Source of the DNA: Candidatus Aenigmatarchaeota archaeon
GTDB taxonomy: Archaea > Aenigmatarchaeota > Aenigmatarchaeia > JACPZZ01
Direction: 5' to 3'
Length of the DNA: 64,000 bases
Assembly: GCA_043801595.1 (NCBI GenBank)
Contig: JAZDLW010000022.1
Span: 5,526-69,525 of the forward strand
Shown here one piece after another: positions 32,855 to 40,659 of this stretch; within the stretch, counting starts at the first letter, position 1, and each line of letters begins with the position of its first letter. Under the pieces are notes generated by a model, which was not told the DNA's origin, searched no databases, and worked only from the letters and a program-made list of their open reading frames with translations. The position numbers and the translations under genes were made by a program.

Positions 32855-34291
32855 GTGGAACCGTACAAGTCCAAGTTCATACAGTTCTTAGTTGACTCCG
32901 GAGCTTTGAAAATCGGAGGATCTTACAAGACAAAGTCCGGAAGATATTCGCCTTATTTCCTGAATGCCGGAGCTTTTGACGACGGTGAAAAAGCCAGACA
33001 AGTTGGAAGGTATTATGCCGAAGCCATCAAAAGTGTTGTCGGAGACAAATTTGATCTGATTTTAGGCATTCCCAATAAAGGCATCTCGTTGGCTGTGGCG
33101 ACTTCGATTGCTCTCGCTGAAATGGGGATAAACAGAGGATGGACATTCTACAGGAAGGAAGCAAAAAATTACGGAGAGGCTACTGTTGACAAAACCAAAG
33201 ACCAGCTGCCGACCAGAGAGCAGATGCAAAAGGAAATGCTTGTGGGCAGTCTCATACCCGACGGCTCAACAGTACTCCCGCTTGATGACGTTCTTACAAC
33301 AAGCGAGTCAAAGCGAGAGGCGGATGCTGTAATTCGCAGAATTACAAGCGGAGTCAAAATGCCGCATGGAATAATATCTGCTGACAGACAGGAGATAAAC
33401 GAAGACGGCGAAATCGCAATAGAAATGTTTGCAAAGGAATGTGGAACCGTATACACTTCTATTGTTACAGCAGGCGACATTTACGATTATTTAAAAGAAA
33501 ACGGAAAACTGGACAGTCCTGTAGATATTGCGTTCATGAGATATTTCCGCGCATGGGGAACGCCGGAGCTTAGAAAGAAGTATAATCTTGTCGGCAGCAA
33601 GCTGATTGAAGGCCGTACAGTCATACCAGCATGCGATGTTCCGTTTGAGGATTTCGAACCTATTGTTGAAGCGACTGCGGATAACCCGAAAATTGGCGGT
33701 TACAAAATACCCGCTCATGCAGGAAGAAAGGGATGGGAGCGTTGGGTCGAAGTTGCAAGAAAATACACCAACAAGCCATTGATTTACGATCACCAGAAAG
33801 CCGGGACGGATATTCCGGACACAGCCGGGCAATTTATGCGAGATTTGAAAGCGTCCGGCATGGACGCTGTTATTCTGTTTCCACAATCCGGACCTAGAAC
33901 GCAGGTTGCGTGGACTGGTGAGGCGCTGCAGCAGGGTTTAACAGTCTTTGTGGGCGGCGAGATGACACACCCCAAATATCTGAGAAGCGCAGGCGGTTAC
34001 ATAGCCGACGAAGCTCCAGACGAAACTTATGTCAGAGCTGCGCGACAAGGCGTTAACCATTTCATTGTGCCCGGAAACAAGCCTGAGAGGATAAAGCATT
34101 ACCGCGAACTTATTATGGCAGAAGGTGTTGATCCGGTTTTCGCTTCGCCCGGATTGGTTGCACAGGGCGGTTCAATTTCTGAAGCAACGAAAGTTGCTGG
34201 AGATAACTGGCATGGCATTGTCGGACGTGCAATAACCGAAGCACCGGACAAACGCGCTGCAGCCAAAGAGTTAACAAGCCAATTATACTAA
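32855..34291 (+). CDS. pyrE-pyrF: Orotate phosphoribosyltransferase fused to an OMP decarboxylase-superfamily domain
   Basis: N-terminal FIQFLVDSGALKIGGSYKTKSGRYSPYFLN and PRPP loop VLPLDDVLTTSES. C-terminal IYDHQKAGTDIPDT and FIVPGNKPE...SPGLVAQGG resemble ODCase-fold motifs. GTG start preceded by AGGAG. Confidence 0.7.
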   Translation: MEPYKSKFIQFLVDSGALKIGGSYKTKSGRYSPYFLNAGAFDDGEKARQVGRYYAEAIKSVVGDKFDLILGIPNKGISLAVATSIALAEMGINRGWTFYRKEAKNYGEATVDKTKDQLPTREQMQKEMLVGSLIPDGSTVLPLDDVLTTSESKREADAVIRRITSGVKMPHGIISADRQEINEDGEIAIEMFAKECGTVYTSIVTAGDIYDYLKENGKLDSPVDIAFMRYFRAWGTPELRKKYNLVGSKLIEGRTVIPACDVPFEDFEPIVEATADNPKIGGYKIPAHAGRKGWERWVEVARKYTNKPLIYDHQKAGTDIPDTAGQFMRDLKASGMDAVILFPQSGPRTQVAWTGEALQQGLTVFVGGEMTHPKYLRSAGGYIADEAPDETYVRAARQGVNHFIVPGNKPERIKHYRELIMAEGVDPVFASPGLVAQGGSISEATKVAGDNWHGIVGRAITEAPDKRAAAKELTSQLY

Positions 34292-34348
34292 TTTTCGGTT
34301 TGTTAAACGCTAATAAAATCAGCAGACAATATGTTTTAGGCGGAACAG

Positions 34349-36013
34349 ATGAGGATTTTACAACTGCACGCAGACAGCGTTGAGTACGAACCTATTAAAA
34401 AGGAGATAAAGCAGGCCGAAGAAGCTGAGCAGAAAAAATACTCTTTGGTCGAGGTTCTTGTTCTTTTAACAGCAATCGAGAAGGGCGATACCAAAGAAAC
34501 CGCGGCTTGGGCGATCGAAGATGCGGCGAAGTTCATGGCAAAAATGAAGATAACGAGGATGTTAATTTACCCGTACGCGCATTTGAGTTCAAATTTATCA
34601 TCGCCGTTCGATGCCATGGACATTGTTCTGGAGATGGAGAAGGTTGCAAAACAGAATGGGATTGACGCAAACCATGCGCCTTTTGGATGGAATAAAAAAT
34701 TTTCGATATCTGTAAAAGGCCATCCGATGGCAGAGATGTCGCGGACTTACGTCGGAAAGCCGAAAAAAGAGGAGACGATTAAAATTGAAAAACCGAAGGC
34801 CGAGCAGACTATAGAGAAATTACCGGACAGCGACCACAGGATTATCGGGCAGAAACTCGATCTGTTCAGTTTCCAACCAGAAGCGCCTGGGATGGCTTTT
34901 TTTCATCCAGCGGGAATGGTAATCAGGAACGAGCTGGTTAAGTTAACGCGCGAGAAGCTCGCAAAGGCGGGCTATGTCGAGATAACAACGCCGATAATGA
35001 TGAAGAAAAGCATATGGGAACAAAGCGGACACTGGGACCATTACAAGGACAGCATGTTTTTCACAAAGACCGACGATGCGGAATTCGCGATAAAACCTAT
35101 GAACTGTCCTGGAGCAATACTGTTCTTCAAAAACTCGAAGAAGAGTTATCGCAATCTTCCACTGCGCGTTGCGGAATTCGGCATGATACATCGCAACGAA
35201 TTAAGCGGCGTTGTAGGCGGATTGTTCCGCGTTCGCGAATTCACGCAGGACGACGCGCACCTGTTCGTGCGGGTCGACCAGCTTGAGAATGAACTCGCTG
35301 ATGTAGTCGACTTGGTCTCAGATTTTTACAAACAGTTCGGATTTGCTTTCCATGTAGAACTGTCGACCCGGCCGGAAAACTCTATCGGTTCTGATGAATT
35401 GTGGAACAAAGCGGAAAGCGCGCTGGAAAATGTTCTAAAGAAAAAGAATCTTAAATTCAAAACAAACAAGGGCGACGGCGCATTCTACGGGCCGAAGATA
35501 GATTTCCATGTGAAAGATTCGCTTGGCAGAACCTGGCAGTGCGGGACAGTGCAGGTTGATTTTTTCATGCCGCAAAGGTTTGCAATGTCTTATGTAACTG
35601 CGGACGGCAAAGAGGCTGTTCCGATAATGATACACCGTGCAATATACGGAAGCATAGAGCGTTTCATGGGAATTCTTGTCGAACATTACAACGGTGCGTT
35701 TCCTTTGTGGTTATCGCCAACCCAAATTAAAGTACTTCCGATAAGCGACAAGAATTTTGATTACGCAAAGGTGGTTGAAAAAACGCTTTTGTCGTCCGGG
35801 TTCAGGGTTGAAGGCGATTATGAGAATCATACGCTTGACTACAAGATCAGAAACGCCCAGATGGAGAAAGTGTTTTACACAATTGTGATAGGCGCGAAAG
35901 AGGAAGATAAAAAAACGATTGCAGTTCGCGATCGCGCCGGAAAAACAGAATACAATATAAAAATCAACGATTTTATTGAGAAGCTTGCTGTTGCTATCAA
36001 AGACCGTTTGTAA
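34349..36013 (+). CDS. thrS: Threonyl-tRNA synthetase with archaeal DTD-like N-terminal editing domain
   Basis: Class II motifs FHPAGM, HRNELSG..FRVREFTQDDAHLF, GPKIDF, MIHRAIYGSIERF. C-terminal anticodon-binding domain. Confidence 0.9.
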   Translation: MRILQLHADSVEYEPIKKEIKQAEEAEQKKYSLVEVLVLLTAIEKGDTKETAAWAIEDAAKFMAKMKITRMLIYPYAHLSSNLSSPFDAMDIVLEMEKVAKQNGIDANHAPFGWNKKFSISVKGHPMAEMSRTYVGKPKKEETIKIEKPKAEQTIEKLPDSDHRIIGQKLDLFSFQPEAPGMAFFHPAGMVIRNELVKLTREKLAKAGYVEITTPIMMKKSIWEQSGHWDHYKDSMFFTKTDDAEFAIKPMNCPGAILFFKNSKKSYRNLPLRVAEFGMIHRNELSGVVGGLFRVREFTQDDAHLFVRVDQLENELADVVDLVSDFYKQFGFAFHVELSTRPENSIGSDELWNKAESALENVLKKKNLKFKTNKGDGAFYGPKIDFHVKDSLGRTWQCGTVQVDFFMPQRFAMSYVTADGKEAVPIMIHRAIYGSIERFMGILVEHYNGAFPLWLSPTQIKVLPISDKNFDYAKVVEKTLLSSGFRVEGDYENHTLDYKIRNAQMEKVFYTIVIGAKEEDKKTIAVRDRAGKTEYNIKINDFIEKLAVAIKDRL

Positions 36014-36065
36014 AGGTATAGAATGGCTCGGATCGCCAAAAAAACCGCGTTTCGCGGTGATAAAC

Positions 36066-36073
36066 TTTATATA
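36066..36073 (+). promoter_or_regulatory. TATA box candidate (CTTTATATA) at the head of the thrS-ftsZ spacer
   Basis: The same CTTTATATA string occurs at 20053-20061. If used, transcription would start near 36097 and include all hairpin modules upstream of ftsZ. Confidence 0.4.
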
Positions 36074-36180
36074 ACACTTTCACCAATTATTATCAATTAG
36101 GGAGTAGAACTCCTCGTGTAAAAGGCGTTCGGTAACGCCGATTCTTGGTTTGCACTATGACGTGGCAGGGTTACCTACCG

Positions 36181-36242
36181 CGTTTCACAGGTTGCGGGGC
36201 AACCTGTGCAAGGAAACAAATGTTTCCTTTGTAGGCGAAACG
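36181..36242 (+). repeat. Multi-hairpin intergenic element, two-hairpin unit
   Basis: Closing stem CGTTTC/GAAACG. Hairpins CACAGGTTGC-ggg-GCAACCTGTG and CAAGGAAAC-aaat-GTTTCCTT(T)G. Confidence 0.75.
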
Positions 36243-36265
36243 AGTTTTGGCGGTCTGAAGCTTCG

Positions 36266-36308
36266 CAGGTTGCAGAGCAACCGGCGCAGGGAAACACGGT
36301 TTCCCTTG
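36266..36308 (+). repeat. Multi-hairpin intergenic element, two-hairpin unit without an obvious closing stem
   Basis: CAGGTTGC-aga-GCAACCGG and CAGGGAAAC-acg-GTTTCCCTTG. Confidence 0.65.
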
Positions 36309-36321
36309 TGTTGCACATTTT

Positions 36322-36348
36322 GACTAGTCTAACAAGTTTAGACTAGTC
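36322..36348. repeat. Perfect 11-bp hairpin GACTAGTCTAA-caagt-TTAGACTAGTC
   Basis: Contains the self-complementary octamer GACTAGTC twice. Lies between hairpin-element modules upstream of ftsZ. Confidence 0.7.
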
Positions 36349-36352
36349 TGTC

Positions 36353-36399
36353 TGAACTTTTCAAACAACGGAAACGATCGCGTTTCCTCTGGAAGTTCA
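36353..36399 (+). repeat. Multi-hairpin element, single-hairpin unit
   Basis: Closing stem TGAACTT/AAGTTCA around CAACGGAAACG-atcg-CGTTTCC. Ends 10 nt before the GGAGGGG Shine-Dalgarno-like sequence of ftsZ. Confidence 0.7.
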
Positions 36400-36422
36400 C
36401 TCAAATAATGGAGGGGAATTGT

Positions 36423-37547
36423 ATGTCGATATTGGAGTCGGTATTAAACAAGGGTGCTGCAACAGCAGGTCACGGAAGCGATTCGGGCGTGACAATGAAG
36501 AATTTCGATTATGAAAAGATAACCGAACAAGAGTTTGGTTTCAGCATGAAAAGAGCGAAAATAGTTGTAATTGGATGCGGTGGTGGAGGTACTAACTCTA
36601 TCAATCGTCTGGCAGAAATGGGCGTTGAAGGAGCCAATACTGTTGCAATAAACACGGATGCAAAGCATTTAGCGGTCATAAAGGCTGACAAAAAGATCCT
36701 TATTGGAAAGGAAATTACCAGAGGTTTGGGAGCAGGCGGTTACCCGGAAATAGGAAAGAAAGCAGCCGAAGAGAGTAGAACACAGCTGAAAGAATCGCTG
36801 GCAGGAGCCGATCTGGTATTCCTCACTGCCGGAATGGGCGGTGGAACCGGAACAGGTTCAGCACCGGTCGTTTCCGAGATTGCGAAAGAATTGGGCGCGA
36901 TCGTTATCGGAGTGGTAACAATGCCATTCAAGATCGAAGGCGCAAGAATTATTAAGGCCGAGAACGGTCTCGGAAAATTACGAGAAGCGTGCGACACTGT
37001 AATAGTGATCGAGAACGATAAACTTCTCGAGTTTGCAGGTGACCTTCCGATCCAGCAAGCGTTTGCCGTAGCGGACGAATTGATCGCCGGGATGGTAAAG
37101 GGAATAACAGAGGCTATAACGCTGCCGTCATTGGTTAACCTAGACTACGCTGACGTGAAGGCGATAATGCATTCGGGCGGAGTCGCGGCAATAGGCCTTG
37201 GATTCTCAAACAGTTCCGACAGGGCGCGCGATGCTGTAACAAAAGCATTGCAGAATCCGTTGTTAGAAGTTGATTATCAGGGCGCTAGCGGAGCGTTAAT
37301 CCACATAACAGGCGGCCCAGACCTTAAACTGTCCGAAGTCAACCAAATCGGTGGCATAGTGTCTTCGCATCTAGATTCCTCGGCGCAGGTAATCTGGGGC
37401 GCAAGAGTGCAACCGGACTTCCACGGAAAGGTGCAGGTAATAACAATAATAACAGGAGTTACCAGCCCGTACATACTGGGCCAGGTTACCAGGGAATCCA
37501 CCCCTACCTTGGGAATCAGCGAGCTCGGTATTGACAGGATAGCATAA
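36423..37547 (+). CDS. ftsZ: Cell division GTPase FtsZ
   Basis: GCGGGGTNSINRL, tubulin signature AGMGGGTGTGSAPVV, T7 loop NLDYADV. Start chosen at ATG 36423 because GGAGGGG (36410-36416) lies 6 nt upstream. The track start 36408 is in frame. Confidence 0.95.
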   Translation: MSILESVLNKGAATAGHGSDSGVTMKNFDYEKITEQEFGFSMKRAKIVVIGCGGGGTNSINRLAEMGVEGANTVAINTDAKHLAVIKADKKILIGKEITRGLGAGGYPEIGKKAAEESRTQLKESLAGADLVFLTAGMGGGTGTGSAPVVSEIAKELGAIVIGVVTMPFKIEGARIIKAENGLGKLREACDTVIVIENDKLLEFAGDLPIQQAFAVADELIAGMVKGITEAITLPSLVNLDYADVKAIMHSGGVAAIGLGFSNSSDRARDAVTKALQNPLLEVDYQGASGALIHITGGPDLKLSEVNQIGGIVSSHLDSSAQVIWGARVQPDFHGKVQVITIITGVTSPYILGQVTRESTPTLGISELGIDRIA

Positions 37548-37573
37548 ACTAGAATTGCGGTGCGATGAAGCGA

Positions 37574-37618
37574 CACAGGAAACGATAGTTTCCTGTGCAC
37601 GGTTTGCTTTTGCAAACC
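37574..37618 (-). repeat. Multi-hairpin element, two-hairpin unit in inverted orientation
   Basis: CACAGGAAAC-gata-GTTTCCTGTG then GGTTTGC-tttt-GCAAACC. This is the reverse order of unit 32389-32454. Confidence 0.75.
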
Positions 37619-37644
37619 TTTGAGCTGAGCACTTTACTAATTTT

Positions 37645-37766
37645 TAAACTTTTTAAAACAACGGAAACCTATGGTTTCAACGAAAACTCAAGAAGTTTTC
37701 GTGCATAGGGAAACTCGGTTTCCCCATGCCGTGCATAGGAAATTGTCGAATTTCCTATGAAGTTTA
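37645..37766 (+). repeat. Multi-hairpin intergenic element, long four-hairpin form (122 nt)
   Basis: Closing stem TAAACTT/AAGTTTA. Hairpins GAAACC/GGTTTC, ACGAAAACT/AGTTTTCGT, CATAGGGAAAC/GTTTCCCCATG (1 mismatch), CATAGGAAATT/AATTTCCTATG. Confidence 0.85.
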
Positions 37767-37772
37767 ATCAAA

Positions 37773-37793
37773 CAAGCTTTTCAAAAAAGCTTG
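37773..37793. repeat. 9-bp palindrome CAAGCTTTT-caa-AAAAGCTTG followed by AGCAAAAGAGAATGG
   Basis: The stem sequence equals the closing stem of the long element at 11130-11249 (AAGCTTTT/AAAAGCTT) but encloses no hairpins. Confidence 0.6.
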
Positions 37794-37838
37794 AGCAAAA
37801 GAGAATGGTTTTAAACCGTTCGGTACTAACATTATTTT

Positions 37839-37973
37839 ATGGAGATAACGACAAAGTCGGTGAGGAAATTTTTCAAGTCCAAGAAGAACCTGTTATACAT
37901 GTTTTTCTGGTCGCTGATGTTTTTGGCCGGTTTTGCGGTTGCGTTGTTGTTAATTGCGCGGGGGCGGGTTTGA
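37839..37973 (+). CDS. Small single-TM protein (44 aa, below the ORF-track cutoff)
   Basis: Hand-translated MEITTKSVRKFFKSKKNLLYMFFWSLMFLAGFAVALLLIARGRV. Its TGA is immediately followed by the ATG of the DUF357 gene. Confidence 0.35.
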   Translation: MEITTKSVRKFFKSKKNLLYMFFWSLMFLAGFAVALLLIARGRV

Positions 37974-38213
37974 ATGGTCGGAGATAAGATACCCAGGACA
38001 GAGGTTGTCAAGTGGATCGAGAGGTTGGATAAAAAACTGGTCTCTGCCCAACCGAAAAACAGGAAGGCGGGGGAGGTTTTAAAGAACGCAGAAGCGTATC
38101 GCGACGATTCCAAACATTGGTTAAAAGAAGGCAACCTTTTCCTTGCGTTCGAGGCGTGTGTGTATTCGTGGGCGATAATCGAAACCGCGGAAGCGTTAGG
38201 CGAGGTCGTTTAG
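37974..38213 (+). CDS. DUF357-like small archaeal protein
   Basis: 79 aa. AEAYRDDSKHWLKEGNLFLAFEACVYSWAIIETAEALG resembles the DUF357 helical hairpin pattern, recalled from memory. Confidence 0.55.
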   Translation: MVGDKIPRTEVVKWIERLDKKLVSAQPKNRKAGEVLKNAEAYRDDSKHWLKEGNLFLAFEACVYSWAIIETAEALGEVV

Positions 38214-38654
38214 GACAATAGCCATTGCTATTGAACCGCCGAACGCGAAACCGAAGAACAAGCCGGACGATAACCAAACGAAACCGTTAACGGCAAGGTA
38301 GACAAGAACGAAACCGAAGATTACTGATGCCAAATAACTCGGAAGCTCGTAGTCTATCTTTTTTGCAAGCATTTTCATCCTCTGCGAATTCTTCGTCTTC
38401 GAGGCGTAAAATCGCCTGTAGAAAACCCAGTGTTTTCCGAATTCATGGTGCCAGTGCGTGCCATAGAACATGCCCACTGCGATGCCTAACAGGAAACCGG
38501 CGTAAATTCTGTTTCCTGTAGCCAGGTAAACGTTAGTTGATTCGAGAAATAGGAAGGCTGCAAGCAAGGCGATGAAAACATGCGCTTTTGCTGTCATTGC
38601 CCAGATAAGATGATCCCTGTGCAGAAGCCTGTACGCCTGCTTTAAAAAATTCAT
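38196..38654 (-). CDS. Membrane protein (about 4 TM), unknown function
   Basis: Trimmed to Met57 (38654) because the longer ORF overlaps dph5. Hydrophobic helices and an HWHHEFGKHW segment. Confidence 0.5.
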   Translation of the reverse strand: MNFLKQAYRLLHRDHLIWAMTAKAHVFIALLAAFLFLESTNVYLATGNRIYAGFLLGIAVGMFYGTHWHHEFGKHWVFYRRFYASKTKNSQRMKMLAKKIDYELPSYLASVIFGFVLVYLAVNGFVWLSSGLFFGFAFGGSIAMAIVLNDLA

Positions 38655-38705
38655 ATATAATATTCCCAATACGTCCAATTTAAGGTTTATTGGTGATGTG
38701 ATTTT

Positions 38706-39449
38706 ATGCTTTCGATAATAGGGCTGGGTATTTTTGACGAGAACGATATATCCCTGCGCGGCCTTGAAGAGATTAGGCGTTCTGATAAAGCTTATGTCGA
38801 ATTTTATACGAACATCTGGCACGGCGATGTTGCAAAGCTCGAAAAAACGGTTGGAAAGAAAATCATCGCATTAAAGCGCAGGGACATCGAGGACAACAAC
38901 AGGATCATAAGCGATGCGAAAGCGAAAAACGTGTGTTTACTGGTTCCAGGCGATCCGCTGGCTGCGACAACGCACGCAGAATTGCTGCTTCGTGCAAAAA
39001 ATGAAGGAATCGAAACTAAGATCATACACTCATCCTCCATATTTTCGTCGGTTGGCGAATGCGGGTTGCAGCTGTATAAGTTCGGGCGGACTGCGACCAT
39101 CCCTCTTCCCGAGAAGACGGGCGGTGTTGCGCCGGAATCGGTTTATGACATTGTTAAAGGAAATCTAAAACTGGGAGCCCACACGTTGCTGTTGCTGGAC
39201 ATAGACGTGGAGAATAAAAAGGCGCTCTCTGTGAAAGAAGGATTGGAAACGCTGAAAAAACTCGACAAGAAAAAAATTCTCGGCAAATTCGTTGTCATAA
39301 GCATGCTCGGTTCAGAGAAGCAACGCATCGATTACGGCGATTACGGCAAATTGTCAAAAATAAATTATGAACTTCCGGCCGTTATCGTTGTTCCGGGCAA
39401 ACTTCATTTTGCAGAGGAAGAGTTTATTAATGCTGTTGCTTTTAAATAG
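38706..39449 (+). CDS. dph5: Diphthine synthase
   Basis: MLSIIGLGIFDENDISLRGLEEIRRSDKAYVEFYT, LVPGDPLAATTH (tetrapyrrole methylase fold). Confidence 0.9.
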   Translation: MLSIIGLGIFDENDISLRGLEEIRRSDKAYVEFYTNIWHGDVAKLEKTVGKKIIALKRRDIEDNNRIISDAKAKNVCLLVPGDPLAATTHAELLLRAKNEGIETKIIHSSSIFSSVGECGLQLYKFGRTATIPLPEKTGGVAPESVYDIVKGNLKLGAHTLLLLDIDVENKKALSVKEGLETLKKLDKKKILGKFVVISMLGSEKQRIDYGDYGKLSKINYELPAVIVVPGKLHFAEEEFINAVAFK

Positions 39450-39469
39450 GTTGTCAAGAAAATAGTATT

Positions 39470-40111
39470 ATGGCTTACGAAAGAGTTTCGCACTTGGTAA
39501 AGGACGGATTTACAATACTCGATTCCAAAGGACAGGACAACATGCGCGTCCTTAAGGAAACCCTTGCAAAATACCAGCAAGCGCGGCATGAGCTCGGCTC
39601 TCCGCTTTCAAAGGACGCGGGCGCTGCTAATCTCAGAAGGTACGAGGTTGCCAGAACCAGCGTTGACATGCTTCTTGAGGAAATAAAAGGCTATGCAAGA
39701 CACTCAGCTCAGATTGTTTCAGATCAGGCTGACAGCCAACTCTCTTATGTGCGCAAGCAGGTCATTGACGAGGCTACTGGTAAGAGGTTGATGAACGTAA
39801 AGGTCATGCCGAGACCGTCCGCTGACGCTGTAAAAAATTCCATAGACGGTGCTAGACGCTACCTGATGACATCGGCGCAGTATATTGGTCAGATGGCAAA
39901 TGTCATGCATGACAATCCCGCGTTTTCGGAAAATGACGCCAAATTTTTGTACAGTGTAGCGGAAAAGTTAAGAGACGGGGAAAAAGCGCTGGGTGAACAA
40001 ATAAATAAACACAATGACAGTGTGGACATGGTAGAGATTAAGAAAATTGACAAAGACTGGAGTAAGGAACTTAACCGCCATCTCAAGGCAATAAAAAAAG
40101 GAAGATTCTGA
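39470..40111 (+). CDS. Alpha-helical hypothetical protein, paralog of 42558-43148
   Basis: 213 aa. Shares KYQQARHELG / AYRKAEAELGG and EEIKGYARHSAQ / LEIRGYARQSMT blocks with the paralog. Confidence 0.55.
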   Translation: MAYERVSHLVKDGFTILDSKGQDNMRVLKETLAKYQQARHELGSPLSKDAGAANLRRYEVARTSVDMLLEEIKGYARHSAQIVSDQADSQLSYVRKQVIDEATGKRLMNVKVMPRPSADAVKNSIDGARRYLMTSAQYIGQMANVMHDNPAFSENDAKFLYSVAEKLRDGEKALGEQINKHNDSVDMVEIKKIDKDWSKELNRHLKAIKKGRF

Positions 40112-40150
40112 TTTTAGAAACGATTTAACGATACGCGTTTAATTCTAATT

Positions 40151-40642
40151 ATGGCAAAGCCAGTTGTGAAGATGCAAGATTACGAGCGCAAAGCTGAGAC
40201 GTTGCGTACGGCACTTTCTTATGCCAAGGACAGCGTGGATCGCGGAAATTATGCTGCTGCATTCAATTACATTGCACAAGCGAACGCAATGATACCGAAA
40301 AGGGGCGGCGGAATGCTGGGAGGCGTATACGGAAATGCGAAGAAGGAGATAGGAATACTCACAAGATATGTGCTTTCCGGTGCGCAACAGAAGTTGAGCG
40401 ACGGTTACGCAAAAATTGACAGGGAAATGGACAGAATCTCGCACGGCGGAACGCCAAAGCCATATGCGAGAAGAACGATAAAGGCCATGGAAGGGTTTGT
40501 TGAGGCGTTCACAGACCCAAGCATGCCCGCGGCGGTTTCGAAAGAATTCGAGTCGCACAAAGATCGCGTAACCAAATTAAAATCCGAGCTCGAAAAACTT
40601 GCGCAATCAAAGGGCGGGAAAATAGACTGGGATAAACCATGA
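40151..40642 (+). CDS. Alpha-helical hypothetical protein
   Basis: 163 aa. Charged helical composition with a Gly-rich loop RGGGMLGGVYGN. Confidence 0.5.
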   Translation: MAKPVVKMQDYERKAETLRTALSYAKDSVDRGNYAAAFNYIAQANAMIPKRGGGMLGGVYGNAKKEIGILTRYVLSGAQQKLSDGYAKIDREMDRISHGGTPKPYARRTIKAMEGFVEAFTDPSMPAAVSKEFESHKDRVTKLKSELEKLAQSKGGKIDWDKP

Positions 40643-40659
40643 ATCGTGCGGTTCGGCGT

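Noticed and set aside
36090-36400. Known structured RNAs (SRP RNA, RNase P RNA, C/D box sRNA) in the thrS-ftsZ spacer
   Set aside because: I saw no C box (RUGAUGA) paired with a D box and no SRP/RNase P conserved motifs. The structure is explained by hairpin-family modules. A database scan is still needed.
37757-37987. 76-aa plus-strand ORF and the 100-aa minus-strand ORF (37832-38134) downstream of ftsZ
   Set aside because: The first begins inside the long hairpin element and has implausible composition. The second is antisense to the DUF357 gene. A shorter 44-aa TM ORF in another frame fits the spacing better.
38196-38654. Possibility that this membrane protein is the missing prepilin peptidase
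   Set aside because: It is too small (about 150 aa, about 4 TM), I could not find the paired Asp motifs of PibD/FlaK-type peptidases, and it is distant from the pilus locus.
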